A DNA stretch of 64,000 bases from positions 1 through 64,000 of the forward strand of contig JAVHQC010000017.1 of NCBI GenBank assembly GCA_036170915.1. Direction: 5' to 3'. This document shows, in pieces, positions 18,858 to 27,229 of the stretch (the first letter of the stretch is position 1; every line of letters begins with the position of its first letter). Source of the DNA: Cyanobacteria bacterium auto_48_18 (GTDB lineage Bacteria; Cyanobacteriota; Vampirovibrionia; Obscuribacterales; Obscuribacteraceae). The notes under the pieces are model-generated. The model ran no database searches. It had not been told where the DNA came from and saw only the letters and a program-made list of their open reading frames with translations. A program made the position numbers and the translations under genes.

Positions 18858-20194
18858 TAGACACCCTGCTTACACTCGTTCTCGTGCCAAGAATGCACGT
18901 TACGACCGTCAAAGAAAACGCGAGGAATTCCGCCCAAGCGCCCTTGTAAGTAGCTCTTGCGAATGTCCTTGTCATAACGAACATCCTTGAAGTCGCTGAA
19001 CGATGTTAGGCTAGAGCCGCCCTTCTCGCTCCGCTCTGTTATCCACATTTCGTCCCGCCGCAGCAAATCCTGATCCATGAGCAACACATCGTGAGTGGTG
19101 AACAACAATTGCGCCCTGGTTTCGGATTTGCAACTCGACAGATATCCTTCCAGCAGATGACGAGTGAGCAAGGTGTGCAAGCTGCGATCGAGCTCATCGA
19201 TAACATAGACCTTTTGCGATTTCTCGACACAAAGATCCAGAAAAACCGGCAACAGATCTATTACGCGCCTCGATCCATCAGACTCAAACTCCATGCCGAA
19301 CTTGACGCTTTCACCGACACTGTTGGAGTGAAACGTCACTAGCTTTTTTGCAAACAGTTCACCATCCTGGCGCGACAAGGCAATTGGATCCCGGAGCATG
19401 AGCAATGCTACGTCTCCATCCTTCAAATTCTCTTCAATATCTGCAATGAATTCCTTCGGCAATCGCAAGTCGTCGAGACTTATTGCTTCGAATTCGAGAT
19501 TCGTAATTCCAGTATCTAAATGCGCTAGCGCATCTCTCATCGCACAGAGCGTCGGGCTGCCATCCTCTAGAAATCGCTCAAATCGGCCGAAGCGAGAATC
19601 TGGTGCCACCAGCTGAAGGTGATTCTCGAACCAGTCGTACACAGCTCGAAAACGCTCTACCTTTTGAGAAATTGAGTTCGTCAAAAAGAGTTGATTGTCT
19701 CTAGTTCCGCGAAAGACGAATTGGAGAGCTTGATCTTTTTCGAGACTCTTATCGAAAACGATCCTGGAGCCAATCCGCTCGTACAGCACTTTCTCGCTCG
19801 ATGCCAGTACTTCGACAAGCTTTTCTTCTAAGACAGCTTTCCTCGTTACGGCAAAACTGAATGCATAAATCTTCTCCTCAACAAGAACTTCGAGAGAGAA
19901 CCGCGCTGGCTCCGTTGCGCTTGTTGGATCAAGCAAAAAATTTTCTACTGGAATTGCCGAACTTGGATGAGTGCCGCGTACGACCAAGTTCTTGATAAAG
20001 CTCAACGCCTTGAACAGATTTGTCTTGCCCGACGCATTGCCGCCATACACAACAGCCAACGGAAGGATTCTGGTTCTATATTTGTCGACTGCAGGAATTC
20101 TTTCCCCGTGCTGCTTTTCCTTACTAGCAACCAAAGACAACGAAGCTTCCGTTTGGAAGGACATCCAATTCTGCAAAGTGAAGCTTATTAACAT
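18857..20194 (-). CDS. RloA-like AAA_21/ABC ATPase
   Basis: Starts MLISFTLQNWMSF; YGGNASGKTN, ESDGSRR, IDELDRSLH, QLLFTTHD, SYLQGRLGGIP; TAATG coupling to rloB. Confidence 0.9.
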   Translation of the reverse strand: MLISFTLQNWMSFQTEASLSLVASKEKQHGERIPAVDKYRTRILPLAVVYGGNASGKTNLFKALSFIKNLVVRGTHPSSAIPVENFLLDPTSATEPARFSLEVLVEEKIYAFSFAVTRKAVLEEKLVEVLASSEKVLYERIGSRIVFDKSLEKDQALQFVFRGTRDNQLFLTNSISQKVERFRAVYDWFENHLQLVAPDSRFGRFERFLEDGSPTLCAMRDALAHLDTGITNLEFEAISLDDLRLPKEFIADIEENLKDGDVALLMLRDPIALSRQDGELFAKKLVTFHSNSVGESVKFGMEFESDGSRRVIDLLPVFLDLCVEKSQKVYVIDELDRSLHTLLTRHLLEGYLSSCKSETRAQLLFTTHDVLLMDQDLLRRDEMWITERSEKGGSSLTSFSDFKDVRYDKDIRKSYLQGRLGGIPRVFFDGRNVHSWHENECKQGV

Positions 20195-20260
20195 ACGGGT
20201 CCCCTTGCCTCTTCCGAGGCATTTCCTCTTTGTGAGGGCGTTTTTGCCCCTTAGGATCCA

Positions 20261-20296
20261 ATTGTAGCACAAGACGAGAAAAATGCTCGTCTTGTG
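20261..20296 (-). promoter_or_regulatory. Extended -10 promoter overlapped by an 11-bp inverted repeat (candidate operator)
   Basis: Minus strand TGCTACAAT (20269-20261); IR CACAAGACGAG-N7-CTCGTCTTGTG at 20268-20296. Confidence 0.55.
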
Positions 20297-20382
20297 TAAA
20301 ATATTCGCTTCGAGCTTTGTGTTCCAAGAGCATTTGGCAAGACCGACGCTCAAAACCGGTCCAGACATGTCTTGTTTGAGAA

Positions 20383-20470
20383 TCCCGACACTTTTCCCGA
20401 CAATTTGTCGGGATTTGCGCCTCATTGAAGCCAAAAGCTTAAGTCCCGACACTTTCCCGACATTGTCGGC
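20383..20470. repeat. Duplicated TCCCGACA repeat clusters
   Basis: TCCCGACA at 20383, 20395, 20444 and 20455; inverted TGTCGGGA at 20406 and TGTCGGC at 20464. Confidence 0.8.
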
Positions 20471-20550
20471 GGTTCTTGGCGGCACAATTTCCTGTTTGCG
20501 TCGATTTTCTCGCGCGAGAAATTGGGCACTTTCTGGAAAATGTACAGGTG

Positions 20551-21144
20551 TCAATCGTAGGAACGTATCTCAGCAGTCGGCTGGGGTCCGGCTTCGATGA
20601 TGGCAGCGATTGTTTCCAGTTCGACCGGTTCGAAGTTCCAGTTCTCGACGCTGACGTTGATCTGTCGTCCAGAGAGCTTCCACCGATTGTGAACGTGTCC
20701 ATGAATCAACCAGCCTCCAGTGTCGACAGGACGCTGACCATAGTACTTCTGCATTGGCTCCTTTTCTGCGCGATATGGAAAGTGGTGCAAGAGGACGATC
20801 TCTCCAGCAATCTCCATGTGTGTTTCGATCTGCACCGAATCGAATCCGGCATCGATATAGGCCTGCAGCCATTTGTTTGGGCTGCCGATCTTCGGATGAC
20901 AACGATCGTGGTTCCCTGCTATGAGAAGCTTCTTTCCGTTCAATTGAGGCAAAATGTCTGCCACTAAATGTGGTTGCATCGCAAAGTCGCCCAGGTAATA
21001 TACCGTGTCCTCCGGCGCTACAACTCCGTTCCACGAACCAATCATGGAGGCGTTCATGTGAGCGACCGAGTTAAACGGGCGTTCAGTGTATTTGATGATG
21101 TTAGCGTGTCCGAAATGATGATCGGATGTAAACCAAATAGCCAT
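20551..21144 (-). CDS. Calcineurin-like metallophosphoesterase
   Basis: FTSDHHFGH, YLGDF, GNHD, HHFP and HGHVH motifs; ATG 21144 with purine-rich RBS. Confidence 0.9.
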   Translation of the reverse strand: MAIWFTSDHHFGHANIIKYTERPFNSVAHMNASMIGSWNGVVAPEDTVYYLGDFAMQPHLVADILPQLNGKKLLIAGNHDRCHPKIGSPNKWLQAYIDAGFDSVQIETHMEIAGEIVLLHHFPYRAEKEPMQKYYGQRPVDTGGWLIHGHVHNRWKLSGRQINVSVENWNFEPVELETIAAIIEAGPQPTAEIRSYD

Positions 21145-21429
21145 TTCTCTTCCTCTCAGCCGCGCGCAGATACGCAGGTTCTCGGCAGCGTCATCGGCAA
21201 AGTTGGAATCGAAAAATTTAGTCCAGTCATAATACACGACGACGCTACTCTCTAGCCTCTATTGGCTGGCAGCGCTTTGACGGTCGTTAATATAATCAGA
21301 TGAACTTTCATAAGCCGTATCATATCATGCACTTTGATAGCGCGCTGACAGCACTCCCGCGTTTTCTTGCTGGCACCGTATCTGGTGTCATTGTCTCGGG
21401 CTTCATTGCCATTATGCTTGGAGCGCCAT

Positions 21430-21626
21430 GGGTAAGGCGAAAGGGTAAGGCGTCGCTGAGCATCGCGAACCGCCGCGGGTTAGGCAGTGGGTTAGGCGAG
21501 AGGGCGCCGGAGGTTGTCGCCGCGTTCTTAATTTCGCGATCCACAAACAATAGACAAATCTCGTTGATAGTGGTTCTTCACACTCAACCAAACTGATCGC
21601 ATTTTCGCTAGGCAAAGCGTTAGGCG
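21430..21626. repeat. Paired direct repeats near the att junction (candidate integrase arm-type sites)
   Basis: GGGTAAGGCG at 21430 and 21443; GGGTTAGGCR at 21477 and 21489; TCGCTAGGCA/GCGTTAGGCG at 21605 and 21617. Confidence 0.6.
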
Positions 21627-21646
21627 CAGCGTTTTGCCCTACCCCA

Positions 21647-21680
21647 ATAAAAAACCGGCACCTCTTTCGAAACTGCCGGC
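21647..21680 (-). terminator. Terminator downstream of tRNA
   Basis: Minus strand CCGGCA...TGCCGG stem followed by TTTTTT. Confidence 0.55.
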
Positions 21681-21696
21681 CCTTCAAGCTTTTAAT

Positions 21697-21773
<77 letters not shown>

Positions 21774-21894
21774 GAGCTATCTTACACTGAGATGATGAGA
21801 TAATTCGACCTGCCGCCTTAGAATTCTCTTGGCTAGGCTCCGCTTGGCATTAGGCGGAATGAGTAAAACCCAGACCAGTACAGGAATCTAAGCA

Positions 21895-22368
21895 ATGAAG
21901 GCAGTGTTACAGAGAGCTTCACGTGCGAGCGTCGTTGTCGACGGCGCCGTAGTCAGCCAGTTTGAGTCAAGCAACGATAGAGCCTGCGGTTTGCTGATTT
22001 TGCTTGGTGTGGAATTAGGTGACAGTGAGGCAGACAGCATCTATCTGGCCACGAAAGCTGCCGACCTGCGCATATTTGATGATCAAGACGGCAAAATGAA
22101 CCTTGCTCTGGCAGAAGCCGGCAGTCAGGTGATAGTAGTTTCACAATTCACATTGCTGGCCGACTGGAAGAAAGGCAGGCGTCCTGGCTTTCAACAGGCG
22201 GCTCCACCGGCTGAAGGCGAACGGCTCTATCTGCATTTCTGCGAGCAATTGCGGCAGAAGAATCTCACAGTGGGCACAGGAGTATTCGGCGCGCACATGG
22301 CTGTGAGCCTGGTTAATGATGGTCCGGTGACTATTTTGCTCGAAGCCCGCCAGGGTAAACCGGTCTAA
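21895..22368 (+). CDS. dtd: D-aminoacyl-tRNA deacylase
   Basis: MKAVLQR, SQFTL, KGRRP, FGAHM, NDGPVT. Confidence 0.97.
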   Translation: MKAVLQRASRASVVVDGAVVSQFESSNDRACGLLILLGVELGDSEADSIYLATKAADLRIFDDQDGKMNLALAEAGSQVIVVSQFTLLADWKKGRRPGFQQAAPPAEGERLYLHFCEQLRQKNLTVGTGVFGAHMAVSLVNDGPVTILLEARQGKPV

Positions 22369-22384
22369 GTATATTCGTCCCTGT

Positions 22385-23095
22385 TTAAACGCTTGAATGC
22401 AGTTTTTTGTCTGAAAGCACGGTGGCTAGTTTTTTGCGCAGTGCTTTCTGCACCAGGTCAACCGGGTCGTCAGCGGCGATGGTCTGAAATTTAAATTCGT
22501 CTGCCATGCGCTCGTATTCGAACAATATTTGCGATTGATAAAGTTTGAAAGATTGATACAGATCGGTAGACATGCCGATGTCTCGGCCTGATTCGTAAAA
22601 ATCAAGGCCACCGCGGGTGGTGATGATGCGACGTAGCAATGGCTCCAGCGGCATTTGAAAATAAATCACTAAATCAGGATCTGGGGCGAATTTATAAAGC
22701 TCGCGCACCCAGTCGGCATCAGCTCCGCGCACTACGTCACGTGCTAAAGCGGTGTAAAAATAACGGTCGGCAATAACTATGTGGCCTGCTTTCAGGGCCG
22801 GAATAATGCCATTGTGCAGACGGTCAGCTAAATCAGTGGCATAGAGAAGAGAAAAAGTAATAGTGTTGAGAGCATTTTTCTCTTTAGCTTTATCAATCAC
22901 TCGCGACATTAATAGTGACGATTTCCACTCACTGCGAGTGACACCGTAGCCTTCCACGTTGAGCCAGTTCTGCAATAGTTCTGCCTGAGTAGAGCGGCCG
23001 ACACCATCTGTTCCTTCCAGCACAATCAATTTGCCTGGATAATCGTGTTGCGGCTTTTTGCCGCTGATGACGCTGGTTTCGTTTCTCTCCATCAT
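22385..23095 (-). CDS. tmk: Thymidylate kinase-like protein (second copy, variant P-loop)
   Basis: LEGTDGVGRSTQ, IADRY. Confidence 0.8.
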   Translation of the reverse strand: MMERNETSVISGKKPQHDYPGKLIVLEGTDGVGRSTQAELLQNWLNVEGYGVTRSEWKSSLLMSRVIDKAKEKNALNTITFSLLYATDLADRLHNGIIPALKAGHIVIADRYFYTALARDVVRGADADWVRELYKFAPDPDLVIYFQMPLEPLLRRIITTRGGLDFYESGRDIGMSTDLYQSFKLYQSQILFEYERMADEFKFQTIAADDPVDLVQKALRKKLATVLSDKKLHSSV

Positions 23096-23106
23096 TTATT
23101 TTGGCC

Positions 23107-23763
23107 TCAAACGTCCATCAATTTTGTTGCGATTTCTCTAAACATCATTTGCTGTTCGTGAATAGGCTTGATGGCAGGCATAGTGTGGAAGCCGAATTCA
23201 CCTACCATTTTGTCGTATTCTTGAATGATGCGAGATTGAAAAATTTGAAACGATTCCATTGGGTCGGTCGATAGGCCTACATCCATTCCTGCCTCGTAGT
23301 AGCCTGGCATGCGACTATTGGCGATGCGCGCTAGCGAAATTTCCACCGGCACCTGAAAGTAAAAAGCGCCGTCCGGGCGAATGGCAAATCCGTAAAGGCT
23401 GCGCACCCACTCACTGTCGACGCCGCGTGCAACGTCGCGCGCGAATGCTGTGTAGCAGTAGCGATCGGCCAGAACAATGAGACCAGCTTTAAGCGCTGGG
23501 ATAATAATATTTTCTAGTCTGTCGGCAAAATCGGTGGCGTGTAAGAGGCTAAAAGTGGCCGGAATCAATGAGTTAGAACGCTTAGCTTGTTTGATAGTTT
23601 TGGAGATTAGAACCGATGAATTCCATTCGGTAAAAATTACACTTTTGCCCCGGGCCTCAAGCCAGTTGCGCAAAAGGTCAAGTTGCGTTGATTTGCCGGA
23701 GCCGTCCACCCCTTCTACTACAAAGAGTTTGCCTGGAAATTCATGGTGGTTGTGAAGGCGCAT
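23107..23763 (-). CDS. tmk: Thymidylate kinase
   Basis: VEGVDGSGKSTQ, LADRY. Confidence 0.88.
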   Translation of the reverse strand: MRLHNHHEFPGKLFVVEGVDGSGKSTQLDLLRNWLEARGKSVIFTEWNSSVLISKTIKQAKRSNSLIPATFSLLHATDFADRLENIIIPALKAGLIVLADRYCYTAFARDVARGVDSEWVRSLYGFAIRPDGAFYFQVPVEISLARIANSRMPGYYEAGMDVGLSTDPMESFQIFQSRIIQEYDKMVGEFGFHTMPAIKPIHEQQMMFREIATKLMDV

Positions 23764-23907
23764 GAAATTGCTCTTGCTGAGTGCTCACCAGTGCTTGCTG
23801 CGGTCACGCCTGCGTATGTGATCTATTTCACAGTGGCAGCGGCAATCCTCGCTATTATATAGGCGCTTCTGCGTTTTTATCTGATTAGGAACTAGTTAGG
23901 ATTCGCT

Positions 23908-25521
23908 ATGAAAAGTCGGCTCAATTTAAAATCAAATGCAATCTTTGGCTCAGCCAGAGCACGTGCCGCCATGTTGGCGCTTTCGTTGACGGTTGGAGTC
24001 AGCGGTCAAGTTAGCTGCGGGCAAGGCGCCTGGGCATTAAATCTGAAAATACCCACTTTTGGTCGCAAGTCCGAAAAGGCTGATGCCGCTAAGGCTGACA
24101 CAGCCAAGGGTGACACAGCTAAGTCCGACACAGCGAAAACTGACACCGCCAAAACTGCTGCGGTAAAAGCCGCCCCGGCGGCCAAAACTGCTGCATCTCC
24201 TGCACCGGCGCCAGCTTCGGCTGCTACCCCTGCTCGCGGCAAATTACATTTTGGTTTCGGTTTCGGCTTGGGTCGCAAAAAAGATGGCGCTGAAGCTGCA
24301 CCTGAGCAGCCTGCCGCTGAAGCAAAAGTTACACCCACCGCCCCAAAATCTGATGCAAAAGCACAGCCCCAAGCTCAATCGCAACCCCAAGCTCAATCGC
24401 AACCCCAAGCTCAATCGCAACCCCAAGCTCAATCTGACGTAGAAGCCGACGAAACAACTGTGAAAGCTCCGCTGCCAGGTGGCGGCGCCGCCAGCGCTGA
24501 AGCCGCCCGCACCGAGCCGCCAGAGCCCATTGAGCGCGCTGATCGCCCTGCGCAAATAGATACCGCTGTTCCGGCCGCCGGCAGTAATCCTCTTCAACTT
24601 CCTAAGGCTGCAGCGCCTGATGCTGCTAGCGAAGTTTCAGAACCCGTAAAGGCAACAACAACAGCTCCACAGATGGCTCCTGATGAAGTCGACGAAGCCG
24701 AAGCTGCACCGGCCAAAGCTGAAAAGCCCAAAGCTAAAGCTCCCGCCAAGTCTGACGATGATCTTCAAGAATCAGCCAGTGCGGCTCCTGGCGAGCGAAA
24801 ATTCAAATACACTCCGCGGCGCAAAGACGAAATCGATGATGCTGAAGAGATGGAAGAGAGCGAGTATCGAGATGAACAGGCGAAGAAAGCTAAAGAAGCG
24901 CAGTTGCGCGAACTGACAGCCCCGGCCATACCTGTACATTTGCGTGATCCTGAGCCACATTTGCAGCGGGCGCAAAGGCTGACCAAAATGGGTCGATTCA
25001 GCGAGGCTCTTAAAGAGATCAATATTGCCCTCGAATTGAAACCAATGTATTGGGAAGCGCAGTATCAGGGCGCTCTGATTTATCAGGTTCAGGAGCGCAA
25101 TAAAGAGGCTATTGAGCGCTACAAATATTTAGTCGACAGACGGCCTGACTACACTGAAGCCTACATCAATTTGGGTTCGGTGCTGAGTAAAGAAAACAGA
25201 TATGTGGAAGCTGAAGAAGCTTATCGTAAGGCCATTGAGCTTTACTTCAATTCGATGTCGGCTCACTATAACCTGGCTAATTTGCTGATCAAGCAGAATA
25301 AAACCAATGAAGCTTTGAAAGAGCTAAAAATTTGCGTCAAGTTAAAGCCTCAAAATGCCTGGGTGCATAATAACCTTGGTGTAATTTATCTCAAGCGCAA
25401 TTATCTTGAGGAAGCCGAAGAAGAATTCACCAAAGCAAGCAATCTAGAGCCTGCCAACAAAGCATTCGCTTCTAATTTGCTGCTGGTTAAAAATAAAAGG
25501 CGCAAGCCGGTTCAAGCTTAG
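23908..25521 (+). CDS. Exported tetratricopeptide-repeat protein with long Ala/Pro-rich linker
   Basis: Signal-like N-terminus, low-complexity middle, about five C-terminal TPRs (AYINLG, AHYNLA, VHNNLG). Confidence 0.85.
   Translation: MKSRLNLKSNAIFGSARARAAMLALSLTVGVSGQVSCGQGAWALNLKIPTFGRKSEKADAAKADTAKGDTAKSDTAKTDTAKTAAVKAAPAAKTAASPAPAPASAATPARGKLHFGFGFGLGRKKDGAEAAPEQPAAEAKVTPTAPKSDAKAQPQAQSQPQAQSQPQAQSQPQAQSDVEADETTVKAPLPGGGAASAEAARTEPPEPIERADRPAQIDTAVPAAGSNPLQLPKAAAPDAASEVSEPVKATTTAPQMAPDEVDEAEAAPAKAEKPKAKAPAKSDDDLQESASAAPGERKFKYTPRRKDEIDDAEEMEESEYRDEQAKKAKEAQLRELTAPAIPVHLRDPEPHLQRAQRLTKMGRFSEALKEINIALELKPMYWEAQYQGALIYQVQERNKEAIERYKYLVDRRPDYTEAYINLGSVLSKENRYVEAEEAYRKAIELYFNSMSAHYNLANLLIKQNKTNEALKELKICVKLKPQNAWVHNNLGVIYLKRNYLEEAEEEFTKASNLEPANKAFASNLLLVKNKRRKPVQA
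24367..24434 (+). repeat. In-frame 18-bp tandem repeat (PQAQSQ)
   Basis: CCCCAAGCTCAATCGCAA x3 plus a 14-nt partial copy. Confidence 0.95.
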
Positions 25522-25534
25522 AACGTCTCACGAT

Positions 25535-26449
25535 CTAGTTGATTTGCACGCCTAGATCGTTGGTCAATTGCACTTCCAGTTCTTGTCCGGGCGCGAGGCT
25601 AACATTGTCGCCTGAGCGGAAAATGGCAATCGCTGAGCCACCAATGGCAGTGGCAATGGCTGGTGCTCCGAGTGTGGCAACGTTGGCAGCAATCAATGCA
25701 CCTCGGGCGGTGCCGGTAGACGACATGCCGGTGACAGCTCGTACGCCGCCTTCCACTCTGGTACCAAAATTGGTGCCGGGGTCTAGTTGGCCTTTCTGGT
25801 TGGTCAATCCCTTTTGAAATTCTAGAGCGGCGTCAAGCGGAATTACTTCGCCTGCCGGAGTAACAATTTGCTCCAGACGCAGACCAATTTTTGCCGCGCG
25901 GCTGAGAAGTCTGGGTTTAGTTACTTCGAAGACCCTGCCTCTAACCAGTGTGCCTTTAGCCAGCAACAAGCTGGTGCCGTAAAACAAATCGTCTTTGACG
26001 TGGGCTTCAAAAAGGTCGCCGGGGTTGCTGGCTTTAGCGTCGACAAAAGTTTCAAGTACCAGCTTTAGCCTGGTTTGCACAGGCAGAGATGCCGAAGAGG
26101 CATCAGCGCGCAGTGCTGTGCCGGAACTGCCAGTGCTCGCATAATCAGAGGGAGCGGCAATTCGTGTAGACGACGAGGAAGAGCGGCTGGGTGCCACTGC
26201 CGGGGTGTTGGACGGAAAATCAGGTACGTTTTTCGGGTCCATGGTCTCTATACGACTCATGGTCGCCGACGGCGCGTAGCGCGGTTGGGTAGAATCAGGC
26301 TTGGCAAAGGCGGGCATGGCGATTATGATCGTACAGGCAGTAATCGCTGCCTGGCGGGCGGCAGTTCTGCGTAAACTCTGTAAACCCGGTAAAACCTGTG
26401 AATTTTGGCAATTTCTGTTCAAAACAAAGGCTCCTCTGCTGTTCTGCAC
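25535..26449 (-). CDS. Exported hypothetical protein (TrbI/VirB10-like beta domain)
   Basis: Signal peptide; GTLVRGRV..V.KPR, G.NV.L.PGQELEVQL; Gly/Ala hydrophobic hairpin. Confidence 0.6.
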   Translation of the reverse strand: MQNSRGAFVLNRNCQNSQVLPGLQSLRRTAARQAAITACTIIIAMPAFAKPDSTQPRYAPSATMSRIETMDPKNVPDFPSNTPAVAPSRSSSSSTRIAAPSDYASTGSSGTALRADASSASLPVQTRLKLVLETFVDAKASNPGDLFEAHVKDDLFYGTSLLLAKGTLVRGRVFEVTKPRLLSRAAKIGLRLEQIVTPAGEVIPLDAALEFQKGLTNQKGQLDPGTNFGTRVEGGVRAVTGMSSTGTARGALIAANVATLGAPAIATAIGGSAIAIFRSGDNVSLAPGQELEVQLTNDLGVQIN

Positions 26450-26680
26450 ATTGTAAACGAATCTCTTGCGACCATGGTCAAAAGCTGGTTTGTATGGCCC
26501 CTTCTGTAAACAACGACGGTTTTGGGCACAAAAAGATTCGCGGCCGGCAACAGGCTTCCTAATTTATGCGTCTAAATAGGTAGGCCTCCTACAAAGATTA
26601 CTGATAATTATCCGCCGAATGTGGCAAGAGATATACAGAGCATTAAATGGTAGAGACGATCAAAAACTTGGAGACTGCTC

Positions 26681-27229
26681 ATGGAACATAGCTCAGCCGC
26701 TTGCGATTGCTGCGACCGCAAGACCATGAATGCCCAAATACGTGAGACCCTCGTTGCTTGTGAGAACGAAGTTATTGATGTTGCAAGAAAAGTGGTTAAG
26801 AGTGCCTCTGATCCATTTTCAGGGGTGATTAAATTTTTGGAAGGCCGTCCGGAGAACAGTTCTCTGCACGGATATCACGTCAACCGAGTGTTGATGGAAA
26901 CCTTTGGCTCACGAGACGAGATTCCGGGTTTGATTAGAGCCATTGCTTCACACGTTCGCGAAGTAATTCGCCAGTCAAACGTGATCAGCATTATTAATGA
27001 GCATCCCACAGCAGAGCGCTGGGGCAATTTCATTATTAAACAGAAAGAAAAAATTCGCTTTGAAGTTGGCCGCGAAAAAGACTGCCTGGTTTTGAAAAAC
27101 ATTGCCGGACTGGTAGGTATCGAGCATGGCATCGAATGCCCACTTGAAAAAATACTGGTGCAAAACGGCAAGTTAGTGGTCACTCTTAATATGGGTTTCC
27201 TTCATCCGCAGAAGGTGCTCGATCTCTAA
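26681..27229 (+). CDS. Hypothetical protein
   Basis: 182-aa ORF with GGAG RBS. Confidence 0.7.
   Translation: MEHSSAACDCCDRKTMNAQIRETLVACENEVIDVARKVVKSASDPFSGVIKFLEGRPENSSLHGYHVNRVLMETFGSRDEIPGLIRAIASHVREVIRQSNVISIINEHPTAERWGNFIIKQKEKIRFEVGREKDCLVLKNIAGLVGIEHGIECPLEKILVQNGKLVVTLNMGFLHPQKVLDL

Larger units (their letters stand above)
1..21696. mobile_element. Integrative mobilizable element/genomic island inserted at the 3' end of tRNA-fMet; left boundary outside window
   Basis: Relaxase, T4CP, RHH, excisionase-like HTH, RadC, ssb remnant and defence-like cargo end at a tRNA 3' end. Housekeeping genes resume on the other side. Paired direct repeats lie beside the tRNA. No integrase seen in the window. 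Confidence 0.8.

Noticed and set aside
20383..20470. Possible mini-CRISPR array
   Set aside because: Units are 8 bp, with only two imperfect ~30-bp clusters, no series of unique spacers and no cas genes.
20195..20554. 120-aa N-terminal extension of the RloA ORF in the track
   Set aside because: Family-like sequence begins at MLISF (20194); the extension covers promoter, operator and repeat DNA.
21250..21690. Integrase gene next to the tRNA
   Set aside because: Only short ORFs without R-H-R-Y or serine-recombinase motifs.
25535..26449. VirB10 of a conjugation system serving the island
   Set aside because: Lies among core genes beyond the tRNA with no other T4SS genes; only a generic beta-domain resemblance.
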